A stretch of 63,653 bases of DNA, counting the filler. It is 19 parts of 19 records of this genome, joined end to end, with 100 filler letters (N's around TTAATTAATTAA, not from the genome) between each part and the next. Parts side by side here need not be neighbours in the genome. Positions count along the whole stretch, not along the records: positions 23,869 to 30,865 come from SRR9188676_1703; positions 30,966 to 33,761 come from SRR9188676_1706; positions 33,862 to 36,328 come from SRR9188676_1713; positions 36,429 to 40,042 come from SRR9188676_1715; 15 more parts are not named here. One strand, given 5' to 3'. The notes below the pieces were generated by a model. That model searched no databases. It was not told where the DNA came from and saw only the letters and a list, made by a program, of their open reading frames with translations. This document shows positions 25,840-39,800 of this stretch, piece after piece. A program made the translations under genes and the position numbers. Each line of letters begins with the position of its first letter. Position 1 is the stretch's first letter.

Positions 25840-28800
25840 ATGGAGAGAAGCTCTCATTTGATTCTTATCAAAGTCTATCGAGTAGATACAGGAGCTTGTT
25901 ATCTGCTAAATTATCTGCAAAGTGATGACTCGTAAGTCACTTTTTACTCGGTTTCATCACACGGATCACTCCACACTTGATATTTTGCTCGGCATCTCTT
26001 GGATATAAGAAATCTTTCTATGGCCTCTAACATTTCTGTATGCTATGATTCTTCTATTAGAATTCTCAAACTTCAAGACCTTTTAAGTCAGCAATGTGGA
26101 ATTCCACCCGCATTCCAGATTTTACTCTTGGAATTTACTCATCTTGACCCAAGTAAAACAATAGCACACTATGGTCTCCATGTTCAGGTTGGGATTTCTT
26201 TTCTTCTGTTCATCCATTGATTCTCTGGGATGCTGATACTTCGTGTGAATAATCAATTGCAGACTGAGAACAAGGCGATATATGTCTTTGACAAGCGTAT
26301 GCTGGTTAGCGCAGCAATCTCACCAGCTAAAACACAAATTGAACCTATTTCGGTGAACATCCCGCTCGAGGCTACCTTAGAACTACCCCCAATTCCAGCC
26401 TCCTTAGAACAATTTCCGATGGTGGCTGCCCTCGTTCAGGCTCTTGGCACTTTTGTGAGAAATTTTGACCACCATTTGAATCAAATCACTATTATTACGA
26501 ACGCTTCATGTGCCAGATTAACAAATATGGACAAATGCATCTTACAACAGAGCAATATGGTGCGCGGCATTCGTGCTGCGGAAATGAACTTAAATTCTTA
26601 CAATACAAAGCAAAGCAATATCATGCGGGACTTTCTTATTCACTTTCAAGAACAAAGTGTCAAACAAACTTCACTTTTGCATTCGGCTGAAAGTGATTTG
26701 GAACGATTGAAGTCCGTCCGAATTGACAGTAAGCCATTTATCATATGTGATTTGACAGTTCTGAACCGATGAAGTTCTGAAAACTGACAGTATTGATGAT
26801 CGTCATTCTTCGTAACTCCCTTGGTCTCTCTCGAGCAATTGAATAGAGTCATTTTCCTATTCTTTGCTTTTGGGGGAGGAACTATCTCTGATTCCCCCAA
26901 TCCCTTACATGCAAGCATTTTGATTATTCTTTAACAGGATCCATTGCTGAGAGTCTTGGTATTGAAGGAAACAGCCTGTACCATGCGGTACCTGTTGACT
27001 CGTTACGCAGATGGGCCACCGACCTGCGCTTGAAACAGGACGCGGTATGTACGCAAATAAAAAAAGTATGAACAATAAATGGGTCACCATGCTTCAAACC
27101 TTCCACCTCGGTTTTTGAACGACGGTGATCCAGATATAATTCAGAATTTCATTCTCATGAGTAAACCTATTCTCATAAATAAGATTGATTTTTTATTTGT
27201 CGCAATCTAACGCTGGGTTTAATCCCAATATTACGTTGAACAATACTCGCACGCCCGTGAGAATAGGTCTCTCACGACTAGTTTTGCGACTCGGTCATGG
27301 TTTTCGTCATCATCTGATCTGAAGATTATTATTTTTTGCTCTTTGTGAGTTTTGGCATATTGTTTTCTCGTGGCTGTTCATCGCTCTTGCATCTTCTCGA
27401 TTTATCTCACTCATGATCTTTTGTTTGGTCTGGATATGATTGTGATTCCGGGCTGTGTCCTTCTTGCAGCTTCGAAACAAGATCAAAGATGTTGAAACGA
27501 GGTTTCAAGATATTCAAACAGCAGTTAATCAAGAAGTTGATACGACCCTGTTATTCCCTGAGGCCGACTTGCGGGCCACTCTCGGAACTTGTCAAGAAAT
27601 GTGCAAAAAATTTGAAACCCTCCGAGATGAGGTAAGAATGAATTCTACATGGGTAATTTACGAGCTTGTTTAGTTATGGTCAGAAAAAGGCTGTTATCAT
27701 TTCGTGTATGTTTTGTTTCCTATCGCTGCTCACCACAAACTATATTGCTTTTTTTTTTCCGCTTAAATCCTGTGCTACTTGCATCCTCTCACGTGCAACA
27801 ACTTCTGCTCTAATTCTGCAGTTCGAGTTGGACCTTCAGTCTGCCCAGAAAAAGCGAACCGATGTCTTGGCCTGGGAAACTCTTGCCTCCTCCGCGTATG
27901 TACACTCCTCGATTTATCGTCACTTTCTACTAGCTTTCTCCAAGGGGAAAACGGCAGCAAAACTCCTCTGAATCGATGTCCGCTAGTTCACTCTCTCAGT
28001 ACATGTTCTCAATTTACATGACCGCTTGCACTCGATCCTGGTTCTTTATTTTCCTCTCGGTTTTCGTCATCAGACGGAGTAAATGTTTATCTCTTCCTAA
28101 TTGATTTCCAGCTTCAACCATGTTACCCAACGCATCGAAATTTCGCTGATATTTTGGAATTGTTCCAAAAATCTGAGACGCGACACCTCTCTGCAGCTCA
28201 TTCTTTACAACTTTTGGACTGTTCCATCTACCAAGAAAAGGAAGTCTTTCGAGAAAGTTCGCGGCTAGAATAGGGTACTGGACGCGAATTTTTTGCACTT
28301 TTGTTGCCATCAACCAGCAAGGCACAGAGCCCATGAAGCATATCTCATGATGTCGCGTGGGCTCTCCGGTCTCAGGTGCAAACTATCACGAAATATGATT
28401 CTTATTTTTTCCCCTTTGACTGGCCAGGTCAAGGATTTGCCCGGATTGGGCCAGCTGCAACGAATTCGATATCAAACTACAGGAACATAAGGTACTTGTT
28501 TTTCTATCATTTCGTTGTATGATCCGACCAAAATTATCAGATCAGAAGCCTGCGCTTTGAGAAAGCGAGTGGATTTTGATTCTGTGTCTTTTTCGGGAGA
28601 CTCGCCAGATTGTGCCCTTTTCTCCCTTCAATGATTCGCCGGCTGAATTTCTTTAATTCTTCCTGCCACCGAGCGGACACGATTTTCTCCCGTTGTCATG
28701 TTTCTGATTTCACTCTCATGTCTCTAATGCTCGTCGGGTTCAGGAAAAGGTGCAAAGGATGCTGGAGACGCATCAGGAATTCGAGTCTGGCATGCACAAG

Positions 28801-30411
28801 ATCGAGCAGTCCAAGGTATGGGCTTCTCTCGACCGTCCCAGATTCTACCCGACCATATTATACCATAGCACACCACACCGAACCAAATGCATTCGAGGGA
28901 CTAGTTGAGCCTGGTGTACACACAAAGGAGACTTGAATGCCATTCAGTCCCAAGCCGACTTTTCCGCGTTTCTTTGGCTAATTTCAAGAAAGCAAAACAG
29001 AGTATGGGGCGCGCGCCCCTTTGCTGCGCCACTATTCCAGGGATTTTTCGCATCGTTCTTTTTCATTTTCTACTCTCTAAGGTTGATTTTATTGTATATT
29101 ATATCTGATCATTATAAAAGATTGCCAGAGTTGAGATCATTCTTGAATTCTCGTCTGGGGGTTGCCCCCTCTGCGCCTCAGTCGTTCAAAAGCTGTTTCC
29201 TAAAGACCACACATCCGATGCTCAATCGCTGTCATCCCCCGCTATTCCTCACAACCACCTTGCAGGATGACCTTGCGCGTGCGATTTTCTCACGGCTGCG
29301 CAGAGTGTCTGAACTTCAGGGAGCCATCTTCCAGCTCAGCAGCAAGCTCAGAGGGTATAAGCAAGCCCTGGACAGCCTGCAGCAAGATTTTCTGAACCTC
29401 GTCTATGTCAAGCGTAAGTCCCTTGCTGACAATTTGAAGATTGGAATGCGATCAGCCATTGACTGTTGATGCGCTTGAGAATGACAGAAGGCGACCCGTG
29501 ACCTTAGCGTGTGGTTGTCAAGCACAGTCTATTTTGCTGATCTCGTTATCTGGCCTGTGTGTGGATTTTTTGTTTTTACACTGTATTATTTCTTTTCACT
29601 TCTACTCCTTCATTTTTCTTTTATTTCGTAGCCTGGCCCAGACCCACAGTAGTTATTATTGTTGAAAAATAACTTGTAATGACGATGCTGGCCTGATTGA
29701 TGTGCTTTGATTGGCTTTGATTCTTCAGGATTGCCTGATGCATACGAAAAGCTCTTCCTCCGTGAAATCGCGAGGAGACAGCAGTTTGGGCAGTCCTATC
29801 GCCACGTGGCCTCAGCCTTTGCCGCCAAGATGCTGAAGGTATGTGTGTATCTGCCCGCTTGGATCGGATAGGATCATGGATAATATGAGGAAGGAACTAG
29901 CACCTCCAGTCAACCTTCTGGTTTTCGTACACGGTCCAATCTGAATTCGTTCATTTCGTAGAGAGTAAAACGGAGAATGCAGGCTAAGAGCTGTGCAAGT
30001 CCAGAGGGTTCGATTGGTCTCTCACCCCAAACCCCTTGTTTGACGATCGATGTGTACGTGAGAACCACTCCGAGTCAAGTCTGCTCCTGAGTCCGTCTCA
30101 CAGATTTACTCGAACTCGATCCTGATTTCGAGTCTCGAATATATTGCCTCGCCAGTTCCTCGAGAATGGTCTTCTCCGACCGTGCCTAATTCCCTCTCTT
30201 TTCTCTCCTTTCTGTCCTTCCCCGGGTTGCGCTGTCTACTTGTTCTCTCCGAATCTCCTTCCTCTACTCTAGCTGCGAGATACGGAAGAGGAGCGTCGGC
30301 GCCAGGTTTGGAAGGACATCGTCACATTCTGCCAGCTCCCGGAATGCTTCAGGAAATTGCTGTCCACCACTGTGCCCAAGTGCGAGGTCACCTTGCCCCT
30401 TTTTGATACCC
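25840..30411 (+). CDS. ATG11: Autophagy scaffold ATG11/RB1CC1(FIP200)-like, 5' part (11 exons)
   Basis: N-terminal ubiquitin-like region (KVYRVDTG...GIPPAFQILLL...LDPSKTIAHYGL...IYVFDK), SDLERLKSV, and LPDAYEKLFLREIARRQQF...EEERRRQ...CEVTLPLFDT resemble plant and protist ATG11. Confidence 0.8.
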
Positions 30412-30965
30412 GTACGTCTTTGCTTTTTCTCTCTCTTTCAGGGAGAATCTTCCTGTCACGTTAACCCTTTTCTTTTCTTCCTTGGACTTCAACATTTCGT
30501 CCTGGGAACGATTGGTAGATATCCAACTAAATTACTTGCAACACTCCTGTCGGCAAGAGTCTTTGGAAGTTTGTTGCGAGTTGCTCATGTCAAAATGCAA
30601 CCATCTCACCTCTCTGACTGCATTCTAGTTCCGTTACAGAACAACTCTTATTGATCCGAAAGTCACGTCTCCTGAGGGCCATCCCTGATCCCTATGCCCT
30701 ATCCAGAACTCTGAGTCGAAAGTGGAATTTTAGACGAGTTTTATTCCTTTCCTTGTTCTTTTTGCCTCCACTTTGATAGCGAAAAATAGAGAGATAAGTA
30801 AGGATCACAGTCAGCTTGTTGAAAAAAATAGTAACCAAGCTGCCATCAGGTCGAAGACCGGATTGNNNNNNNNNNNNNNNNNNNNNNNNNNNNNNNNNNN
30901 NNNNNNNNNTTAATTAATTAANNNNNNNNNNNNNNNNNNNNNNNNNNNNNNNNNNNNNNNNNNNN

Positions 30966-32530
30966 GCTTGGAGAATGAAGAATGAGGAATCGAGGGAGTT
31001 CCACCCGAGGCAGAAAACATACGGGTTAGGTGATAAGAAGATGTGAAAAACAGGCAGACACGAACAGATTACTTACGTCCACAGTTGCACGATCCACATA
31101 CTGTCCGATTGGCCTCCAGTTCGCTGGAGCAAACCAAAAGAGACAGAAAAGGAAAGAGAATAAATAAATAAAAAGCCATATATGGATGGAAATATTCAGA
31201 GCAACATAAAAGGAAAGAACATGAAAAATAAAAAATAAACAATTCAATGTAGAATTGTATGTTGAGGTATTCCCGTCGATCATCATCCCAAGAGTGCCAC
31301 TGCCCTAAGAATCATCGAACGACATTTCCAATTTTCTTGAATCCATCATTTTTTTATATACTTTTTTTCAAGAAAGACTCGGGAGTAGGTTAGTTTATTT
31401 TGGTATCAAAACTTGCTATCTTGAATCGGGACGGCTTACCGAGGACAAAGAAAAGCTCAGGAAAGCTCTGCGGATTCCTGGGGCCGAAATCCAAAAAGGC
31501 CTCCATGGGACTATGAGATACAAACTGTGCAGCGCTAACAAAGTCCATGATCGCCAAGTGTTCGTTTTGCTTCCTTGTCCACAGGGTGCCATTCGGGAAT
31601 ACAGCGCTGAGCGAACGAGAAGAAAAGAGAACGAGTAGATGAGACGAATGGAGTATGTTAATATTTTCGTGGAAACATCCTTCTGACCAAAAGTTGATCT
31701 ATGATGCGATCGGGGACACCACCGACTCAATTTCTTTTCACAGGCTGCCGAGAAAAGATCAAGCTTGGGCTACCCGATTCGAAAGTTGGATCAGGTGGCT
31801 TTTCATTCTTCCGAAGCAAATGCCAAATGCCGAATACAGTACCGATATCTCGAATGATTCAAATAATCGCAGGAAAATACCACCACTCCATCTCAGCGGA
31901 GCGAACAAGTGGAATGTATCACAGATTAGAGTGTCATGAGAAACCAACTTACGTCAATGGTACTATGTCTTGTTCAAATAGTAACTTGTATCTCTTGGAG
32001 TTTCGGGCTTCAGCACTGTCCAGATTCTCATCTTCAACCTGTCTGTTCTCGAAGTATACAACGTCTTGCGTCTTGATCTATATATTCACCGATCCAAGCA
32101 AGAAGCACGTATCAGTGTGGAAAAGCCATCTGTGAAATCTTATGATGGTAACATCAAAGACTATCAGGAAATTCGACTTGAAATCGTGGAAGTCATTGTG
32201 ATTCGCCATAAACCATTCTATCCAATGTCTGATCACTGATTGATACAACTTGTACTATCATCCTCTAAAAAGTAACAAATTCTTCCAAAGACGTACGAGT
32301 AGAGTTGCAGCAGAATCATTGAACGTCCAGGTGTCATTATTCAAAGCAGCCAAATGCATGCGTCGAGCATACAGTGTAATAGTCATACAGTACAATCTGC
32401 GCAAGCCAGCCCCCTTGATCTTCATCAAGTTATCAGGATATGTGGTGAACTGTCCCAACGTCATCACGAGCACAAAAATCACCACGCCCAAGAGACCCAG
32501 CGTCACGAGGTTGATCTTGCGTGAGAGCAT
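30966..32530 (-). CDS. Hypothetical type II membrane or secreted protein, 5' part
   Basis: ATG at 32530, MLSRKINLVTLGLLGVVIFVLVMTLGQ (signal anchor). Downstream exon IKTQDVVYFENRQ...LLFEQDIVPL. No family recognised. Confidence 0.45.
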
Positions 32531-34155
32531 TTTCACCGCACTGGGAAAAAAAGAAAACAGCGGGCAATATATGCAAAACAAAAGTGTGTCAAATACGATA
32601 TTCTCGAAATCCAGAATCAAATCAAAGTGCAGAAACGAGCGGGAAACTGATGCTTTTTAACAGAGAGGGAGGGTAAAATGAGCTGGTTCTATTCTCGAAA
32701 ATAATTATATTACCCTCCTGCCCAAGAGAAAAAATCGAACTGTCACTCCGAGCTCAACTCCGAGATCACCTTCATACAACAAGTTCTATATCAGAAGAAA
32801 AAAATATCAGAAACTCCAGAGATCACATTCTGATGAAAGGAAGATCAAATTGAAGAAATGTAACCTTCGCATGCATGATGCAGAAGATCGCAAGTTTACA
32901 GTGGTTTGGCTGAAGAGTATTTTCGGGAACCTGATAATTCAACTTTTCCAGCTAATCAATTTATAACAAGTAAATGCTCTTCAAATCTGATTCTTCTATC
33001 GAATCTCCCTTCATGAAATACATGACAGATGCAGATGCCGCAAGATTGTCAATGCTCCTCAAGAACCATGAGACGGCCAAGACCAGAAGTTAGAGAGAAT
33101 ACAAAAAGTAGTGTAATTTCTAGTCCTGAAGGTAAGAGAAAAGTTTCAATGTTTTCTTTCGTCATTGCCCATCATCTGTGGAAGCGACCATTTTTCCATC
33201 TAGAAAAAAAATGAATAAAATGTTTTCACTGACTCTATGCTAATTCAAAAATAAACCGAATATATCAATTGTGAGTTGTGAGGATACATACTGGAATTGA
33301 TTTGTGTTGCTGTCCAGGATATGGGACGAGGCGATACGGCTCTTGAGGTTGTCGATCTGACTGAACGACTGTCCGCTAGACCGCGAGCGCACTTCATTGT
33401 CATCTGCAGATGATGAATAGTGCAGGATCAAGTGAGTAAAATTGAAAATGATCCGCTGCACTGATTTGGCTGGTTGTGGAGTGAAGTAGGATGATAGCTG
33501 GGGTCTGGGATTTGATGGTCAAGTTGGGCCGAAGATTTGATTTGATATGATATAATTACGGTGCATGTGATAGGATGGAGCTTGTGAGTGTGGTATTCGT
33601 ATTTATGTGTGAAATTACTACAGGTTGCCGACATAGTGCTGAACGATCAAGGTGGGTGGGGTGGGGTGCGGGTCAAGTTCCTGTCATGTGAGAGGATGGG
33701 AATGTGGTGCTGCTGCCAGCTCATGTGATGTGATTTCATTTGAAACGATCCATGGTTATTTNNNNNNNNNNNNNNNNNNNNNNNNNNNNNNNNNNNNNNN
33801 NNNNNTTAATTAATTAANNNNNNNNNNNNNNNNNNNNNNNNNNNNNNNNNNNNNNNNNNNNAGATAGATAGAGAGAGAGAGAGAAAAAAAAAAATAAGTT
33901 CACAAATTCCCAAAATCATCGGATAAATAAAATGAGGATAGCAGGTCCGAAAGTAGTCATCAGATATGAATATAAATCGAAGCAGTGATGTGTTCAACAA
34001 ATAAATTTGGTAGCAAATGACGAGAATAGAGTCACAATAAAAATACCCGAAACTGACCCGTGTTGGAAGGAAAGAGATTCTAACAGGTTCGAAAGAAAGA
34101 GTTGGCACGGAAACACAACATACGAATCACAACGGAGCCAAAGAGAGATCCATAC

Positions 34156-36259
34156 CTGTCTGCGAATCCAAGTGTCACTACCCAGCCAGTCCCCGGACCC
34201 AGCTACTCCCTATACCACAGGCACACAGTCACGTCAGAACAGAGCATAAAAAAGAGACGTAAGGAAACGAGGAGATCGAAAAGACAGAGAGGAACACGAA
34301 AAAAAATCTAGCGCTGGAAATACAAAAGTATATTGCAAAAGGGAATGCGAGAAAGAGAGAAGAAAACCCGTTAGAGAGATATAGACGCTCTTAATTCCCA
34401 GAACGAAAAGGATCCAGGTAGATCGAAATGCGTCTGAGAAAGAGAGTTGTAGAAGGGAAGTGGGTCAAGTGACCGAATAAGAATAATCGATAGATAGACG
34501 GACGGGGGGAAGAGAGAAAAAGACAGACAGGGGGAAAAAAATCAGGGTAAATACATACATGTGCATCCCATTCCAGATTCTCCTCGTCCTCGAGTGAATG
34601 CCTGCTCGCCGTTTCGGTTTCCTGAATGAGCCGTTCCATGAAGCGTGTCTCTGAGCGGGATAGAGCCGAAAGGCTGCGCAGTGCAGCGGGTGTGGTAACC
34701 CCTCGGCGGTCGGCGGACTGCAGAAACGACACGGAGCCGTCCTCGGCATTCACCAGGACCTCTGGCCGTGCACCGGGCTCGTCTCCAACACATTTTTTGC
34801 GAGAGAAAAATAACCCCGCCATGCGGCTTGTCCCAAGAAGAAATCTAAGACGGAACAACAATACACACACAAAAGAGGGAGGAAGGAAAGTGAGTCAAAG
34901 AAAGATAGACAGAACGAAAGAAAGGGAAGAGCTAGATTGAAAACCACGAATAGTCTTCTCACAAACATTTTGATATACATCATGAAAAATCATGTACTCG
35001 CAATGTGCTCGAATTTGTATCCTGATGCCGAAGTCTTCCTGATGCATCGTGGGACAAGAGGTAAATAGATAGACAGATAGAAGAGATTGTACAGGTGCAA
35101 ACAAGATACATCAGAACAGATCAAATGAGGCAGAGAAACGCATCGACAGCGATAAAATTAAAAAAATGACGAATTTGAGGGCGGGTGATTTTGCCCTTTT
35201 TAGAGACAAAATTGGAGAGATATCAGATAAGTGTCTGACTGATGTATATTTCCGAATGAGGTCTTCAGTTTTCAAGAACTTTGGGATAATTTCTTATCCT
35301 TGAGAGATGAAGAAGATAGGAAGAGGAAAACATAGAGGACTCCGTAATTGATCTCGCTACACCTACCCAGGAAGTTGTTCGGCCACAGGCATGGTTTGCA
35401 GCTCTTGCATACTAATATACGGTCTCATTTTGGCACGGCCTTGTCCCGAGATGTCAAACGGCCGGAGAGGTAAACCAAAATCATGCAGGGTGTAAGAAGG
35501 GTCGGATTGTGCCACGCGTTGCTGAGCGTGCGTGTCGGCCTCTAATGTGCCGGGTAGTAACGAGACAAGAGTAAGTACAGTAGAGCACACTGTATGGATA
35601 GGAAGTCCGTAGATCAGGATGCGACGTTCAAGAAGCAATAATTTCAAGAGTGCGAGCACATTGGCTCCAAATCTGCGAATAAGAATTCGAGGAGAGAGTC
35701 CCACATGGTATTCTGAAAGATCACGAAAACGATTCACTTTTTGTGCTGAGGAAAACATGGCATTCAATGAATGGAAAAGAGAGACAAGCATTTCGCGTTC
35801 TCCAAAGTCAGCTTCCTCGAAATACATCTTCACCACAGGCCGAAGACGCGCGAGGAGCCCCCCATAATAAGGTACATGAGAAATAATGCAAATGCTCTTT
35901 TGAACTCGATTTCTAGTCATATCGGCTGTCCGGGACTTCACGTCTGTGACGGCCACCTGTCGAAAACTAGCCACGCAATGGTAGACTGACCCTGGGTCAG
36001 ATTTGTCGAGGGATGGAAGCTGAAAAAACACTGCATCTTCATCGTATCCATGAACGCCATCAGGCATGGCTAAAAAGGGAAGGAATTCCCATCTCTTGGG
36101 CAGAATTATATGGTCATGCTCATCCTTGGACATTCCAGACCAAGGGTTAATGACCCATTCAAGGACATGTCCCAGTTCATGGTGAAATCCAACGATAACG
36201 ATATGAGCAATGGGCTGAGGACCCCAATCTGTGATGTCCTTTTCAGAGCCGAGACTCAT
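34156..36259 (-). CDS. AVL9: Late secretory pathway protein AVL9 (DENN-like), 5' part
   Basis: IVGFHHELG...LPFLAMPDGVH...FRQ...DMTRNRVQKSICII...LLLLERRILIYG, then G|FLLGTS and WLGSDTWIRRQ. Introns at 35366-34845 (522 nt) and 34558-34210 (349 nt). Confidence 0.92.
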
Positions 36260-36860
36260 CTCGCATGATCTCTCCTTTCTAAGCTGGATTTCGAATAAAA
36301 AATGTTTGAAAATAATACAATGTCAGATNNNNNNNNNNNNNNNNNNNNNNNNNNNNNNNNNNNNNNNNNNNNTTAATTAATTAANNNNNNNNNNNNNNNN
36401 NNNNNNNNNNNNNNNNNNNNNNNNNNNNAGAGAGAGAGAGAGAGAGAGAGAGAGTGATGACGAACACACCGAGTGAAGAGAGATGACATCAAAAATATAG
36501 CCAGGAAGATCGTAGGGTCCAGAGGTGGTTACCATGAGTGATGTGTGGTAGCCAAATCATTCACTCCCTATTCTCGACGATTATCCTTCTATACTCTCAA
36601 CCAAGAGCATTGTCAAAAATGCGACAATTTCCGATCCTTCACCCAGAAAGGAAAGGAAGCCTTTCTAGAAAATAACATAAGCTCATACCATTCCCAAAGT
36701 TATTGCAGAACAAGTAACGTAGAGACAATAAGGGAGACCCAATATTAAAAAAATCATTGGATAATTTATTGCGAAACAATCCCGGCAATTAAAGTAGATT
36801 AGAATGGTCGGCATGGAGGGTCAAGATGCATAAGGACTTGAAACGACAACAATAACTCAC

Positions 36861-38510
36861 CTGCTTATTCATCTCTGCGATCTGTGCCGTGACCTCGCGC
36901 ACTTGGTCCTCTTTCTCCTTCAAAACTTGTTCCAAGTGCTGCATACTGCGCTTTGCCTCTTCAGCATTCATACCCACGCCCGCAATCTGATGTTGAGCAG
37001 TGGGATTTTGGGAGTTCTGCTGCCGTGAAACAGGCCCAGATGTTGTATTATTGTCTGGCTTGGGGCCAGTGCCGTGTTGAGTTTCAAGAGTGTGATTCAG
37101 CGTGTTCAGTTCGTGAATTTTTTCGCTGGAGGATAACAGTGGAGAGAGGATAAGGAGGGAGAGAGAGAATCTGGTATAAATATCGGTCATTGAGCATGCA
37201 TTGCCTTGCCGCTGGAATGGATGGTTTTTCCGAAGAGGAGGCAAATTGGGGAGAACATGGGATTGGTATGTAGAGAGATGGGAAGAGATATGATCCTCCA
37301 GAAGGATCCTTTCTTGTATGTGGGATCAGATATATGAAATATATATCCTGATTGGTTGTCGGTGATTGGGGCCGCGAACCTTAAAACATCTTGTGACGAA
37401 GGAGGAATTTCGACACGTCGATGTTGTGCATCTGTTCTTTATTGTTCGAATTGTTGTTCAGAGTGAGGAATGGTCTCTAGGTGGCGTCTAATTGCACTTA
37501 TTTCTGACCAGGAATCAAAAGTTCTGACACAAACCAAAGCTGTGTGGTATCTTATCATGCGCTGAGACACGCTTTTGATAATTCACCGTGAGAATGTCAG
37601 ACGAGGAAGCTTGCTCTCAGTAATATTGTTGACATTACCCGTTCTGGCTCAGGTAGAAATCAAGGTAGAAGGGCCGACTTCGGGAAAGTCGAAAATAATC
37701 AATCAATAACCATCTTAAAAAATAAATTCAATAGTTGTATCTCGAAAGCAGCAAGACTGTGCTTACCCGATCTGGCTCTGCAGTTGATCGATCGTAGCCT
37801 TATGCTTTGCAGCCGTAACCGCCAGTTCTCTGATCTTGGCTTCATCTTTTTGACGCAAGATATTCCAGATCTTTACTACGGTGCGATCGATTTCCATCAT
37901 CTGCCCTTTGAAGGTCATGAGATGCTCCAACCGCTGTAACTCATCGATGCTCAGAGTGCGGTTGGAATTGTCTTTGGCTACACAAAAGAGAGAAAGAAGT
38001 AATTCAGTGTATATTTAGAGAGCCTGATGCTCCAATATGAGCATGATACTGTCATTGGGGCACATGATAAGAGATAATATCCTCGAGTGATCGGACAATT
38101 CCACTCAGCCGTAGCTTTGGGATATTTGTCGACATTCTCAATGCAAGGGTGATAAAACATGCAATATTCAGTTCATCGATATGATACAGCGTACCTTGCT
38201 GGAGACCTTTGCCTAACACCACTCTCCGAACGAGATCAGGCTGAGGATAATTTGGGGGTGCCGGTCCTGCGTCATCCATAGAGGATGGCTGTTTCTTGAG
38301 GACATCAGGAAGGCGAGGAGATTTGAGCAATCGCGTGGACAGAGAAGCTTTGGATTGCTTCAATTCGCTGAGATTCTATGTTGTTTAGTCAAAAATGAGA
38401 TGATGATCTTCGGCTGTTTTTCAAAGAGAGGACTTCACCTTGAATGGAACAGGTGCGGGATCAAATTGGCTTGATATTACACCGGAAATGTCTTTGCTGT
38501 TGTCGGCCAT
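36861..38510 (-). CDS. Coiled-coil hypothetical protein, 5' part
   Basis: ATG at 38510 (MADNSKDISG...). Exons include LSIDELQRLEHLMTFKGQMMEIDR...KATIDQLQSQ and EAKRSMQHLEQVLKEKEDQVREVTAQIAEMNKQ. Confidence 0.55.
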
Positions 38511-38735
38511 TCTGATCGAAAGTCTGCTCTAATTCATCATTCTTACGAAATTTGTAACGGAAGACAACACATCCCTTCGCTGCGACCATTCATCATTTCT
38601 CGTGCTGCACTCGTCATGCCATCCGTGAGCAAAGACGTAGTCAGCTTTAGGGGGGCGACATCAATTTCAGATTCGAGAGAAAATCCGCATCTTTACCCTC
38701 CTGAAAAAAGCATACATCAAAAAGACAATGAAAGA

Positions 38736-39800
38736 ATGAAAGTCCGAATATTTCCCCTCATTTTCCTTCTATGTTTTCACATGACAACAATATGTTCGAG
38801 TCAGAATGATCGACTCCGCTACAATGATTGGAGATCGGTCATGACTGAGGTTGATATGTTACAACGAGCTTGTGATTATGCTGCCGCTGGTTTGTGTGAT
38901 TCACTTGAACAATTTCGTTATTGAACTGAATAAATGTGCTTAGATGGACATTATGCAAAGTCTGAACTGCGAAACGAAACTCTTGCTTATATACATGCCA
39001 TGCGGGCTGTTGAAATGAACTGTATGTACCAGTGCGAGAATCTCGAAGTAATTGGGAACATTTTTACTGGTGATCCCAAACTTGTCTGTATGTATATGCC
39101 TAGCTTCACTTCACTGTTTGCTTTTAATTAATGTTGAAAACTCGTAGACGCTCTTCCTGCCCTGGCCAGAGCTATGCCAAGCTGTCGGAATTATTACCCA
39201 CTTTATGTTATGTATGCTCTCATATTTCAATACCTGGGCTTTCCAAGCGAGGAAGTTCATTGGATTATGGCTGCGGCTACCCCACTGGATCCTGAAGCAG
39301 TCAATGAACAGTATTACTCCCAGGTCGAGATTGAAATGCCCAAGGTGAGCGAGCAGGAGACCGGAGTTTGTGATTAAACCAACCTCGCAAAAGACATTGC
39401 AGATTCCTCATGATACTCTATTGCACTGTACTTGCCGCATTTTACTTAACTGTGAAGAGTTTTGTCCCTTTTCGATGATGATCTGTATTGATCACGGACC
39501 ATCGAGATGCGTACTCTGACCCTCAGGATATTTTATCAGTGAATTCGCTCGGTTTTCCGAATTTCAAGCTTGAATATAGCGCCTTGCCTCAATCGTGACT
39601 GATATATTTAACTTGATCAGCAACCATCTGCAGACCGGGAGGCGTACTTCACACTTGTGAATGATGAGAACTTTGTGGAGGGTGCGCTGGCGCTGGGGTG
39701 CTCGCTGCGGAAGGCAAAGGTCACTCGCCCTTACATCGCTCTCATTACTGATGACATCTCACATGAGGCTCGAGACAGCATGAAAAGGATGGGTTGGCAG
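38736..39800 (+). CDS. GT8-family (glycogenin/PGSIP/IPUT1-like) glycosyltransferase with signal peptide, 5' part
   Basis: Signal peptide MKVRIFPLIFLLCFHMTTICSS. Exon 4 reads EAYFTLVNDENFVEGALALGCSLRKAKVTRPYIALITDDIS...GW, the GT8 N-terminal motif. Introns are 54, 60 and 276 nt. Confidence 0.8.
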
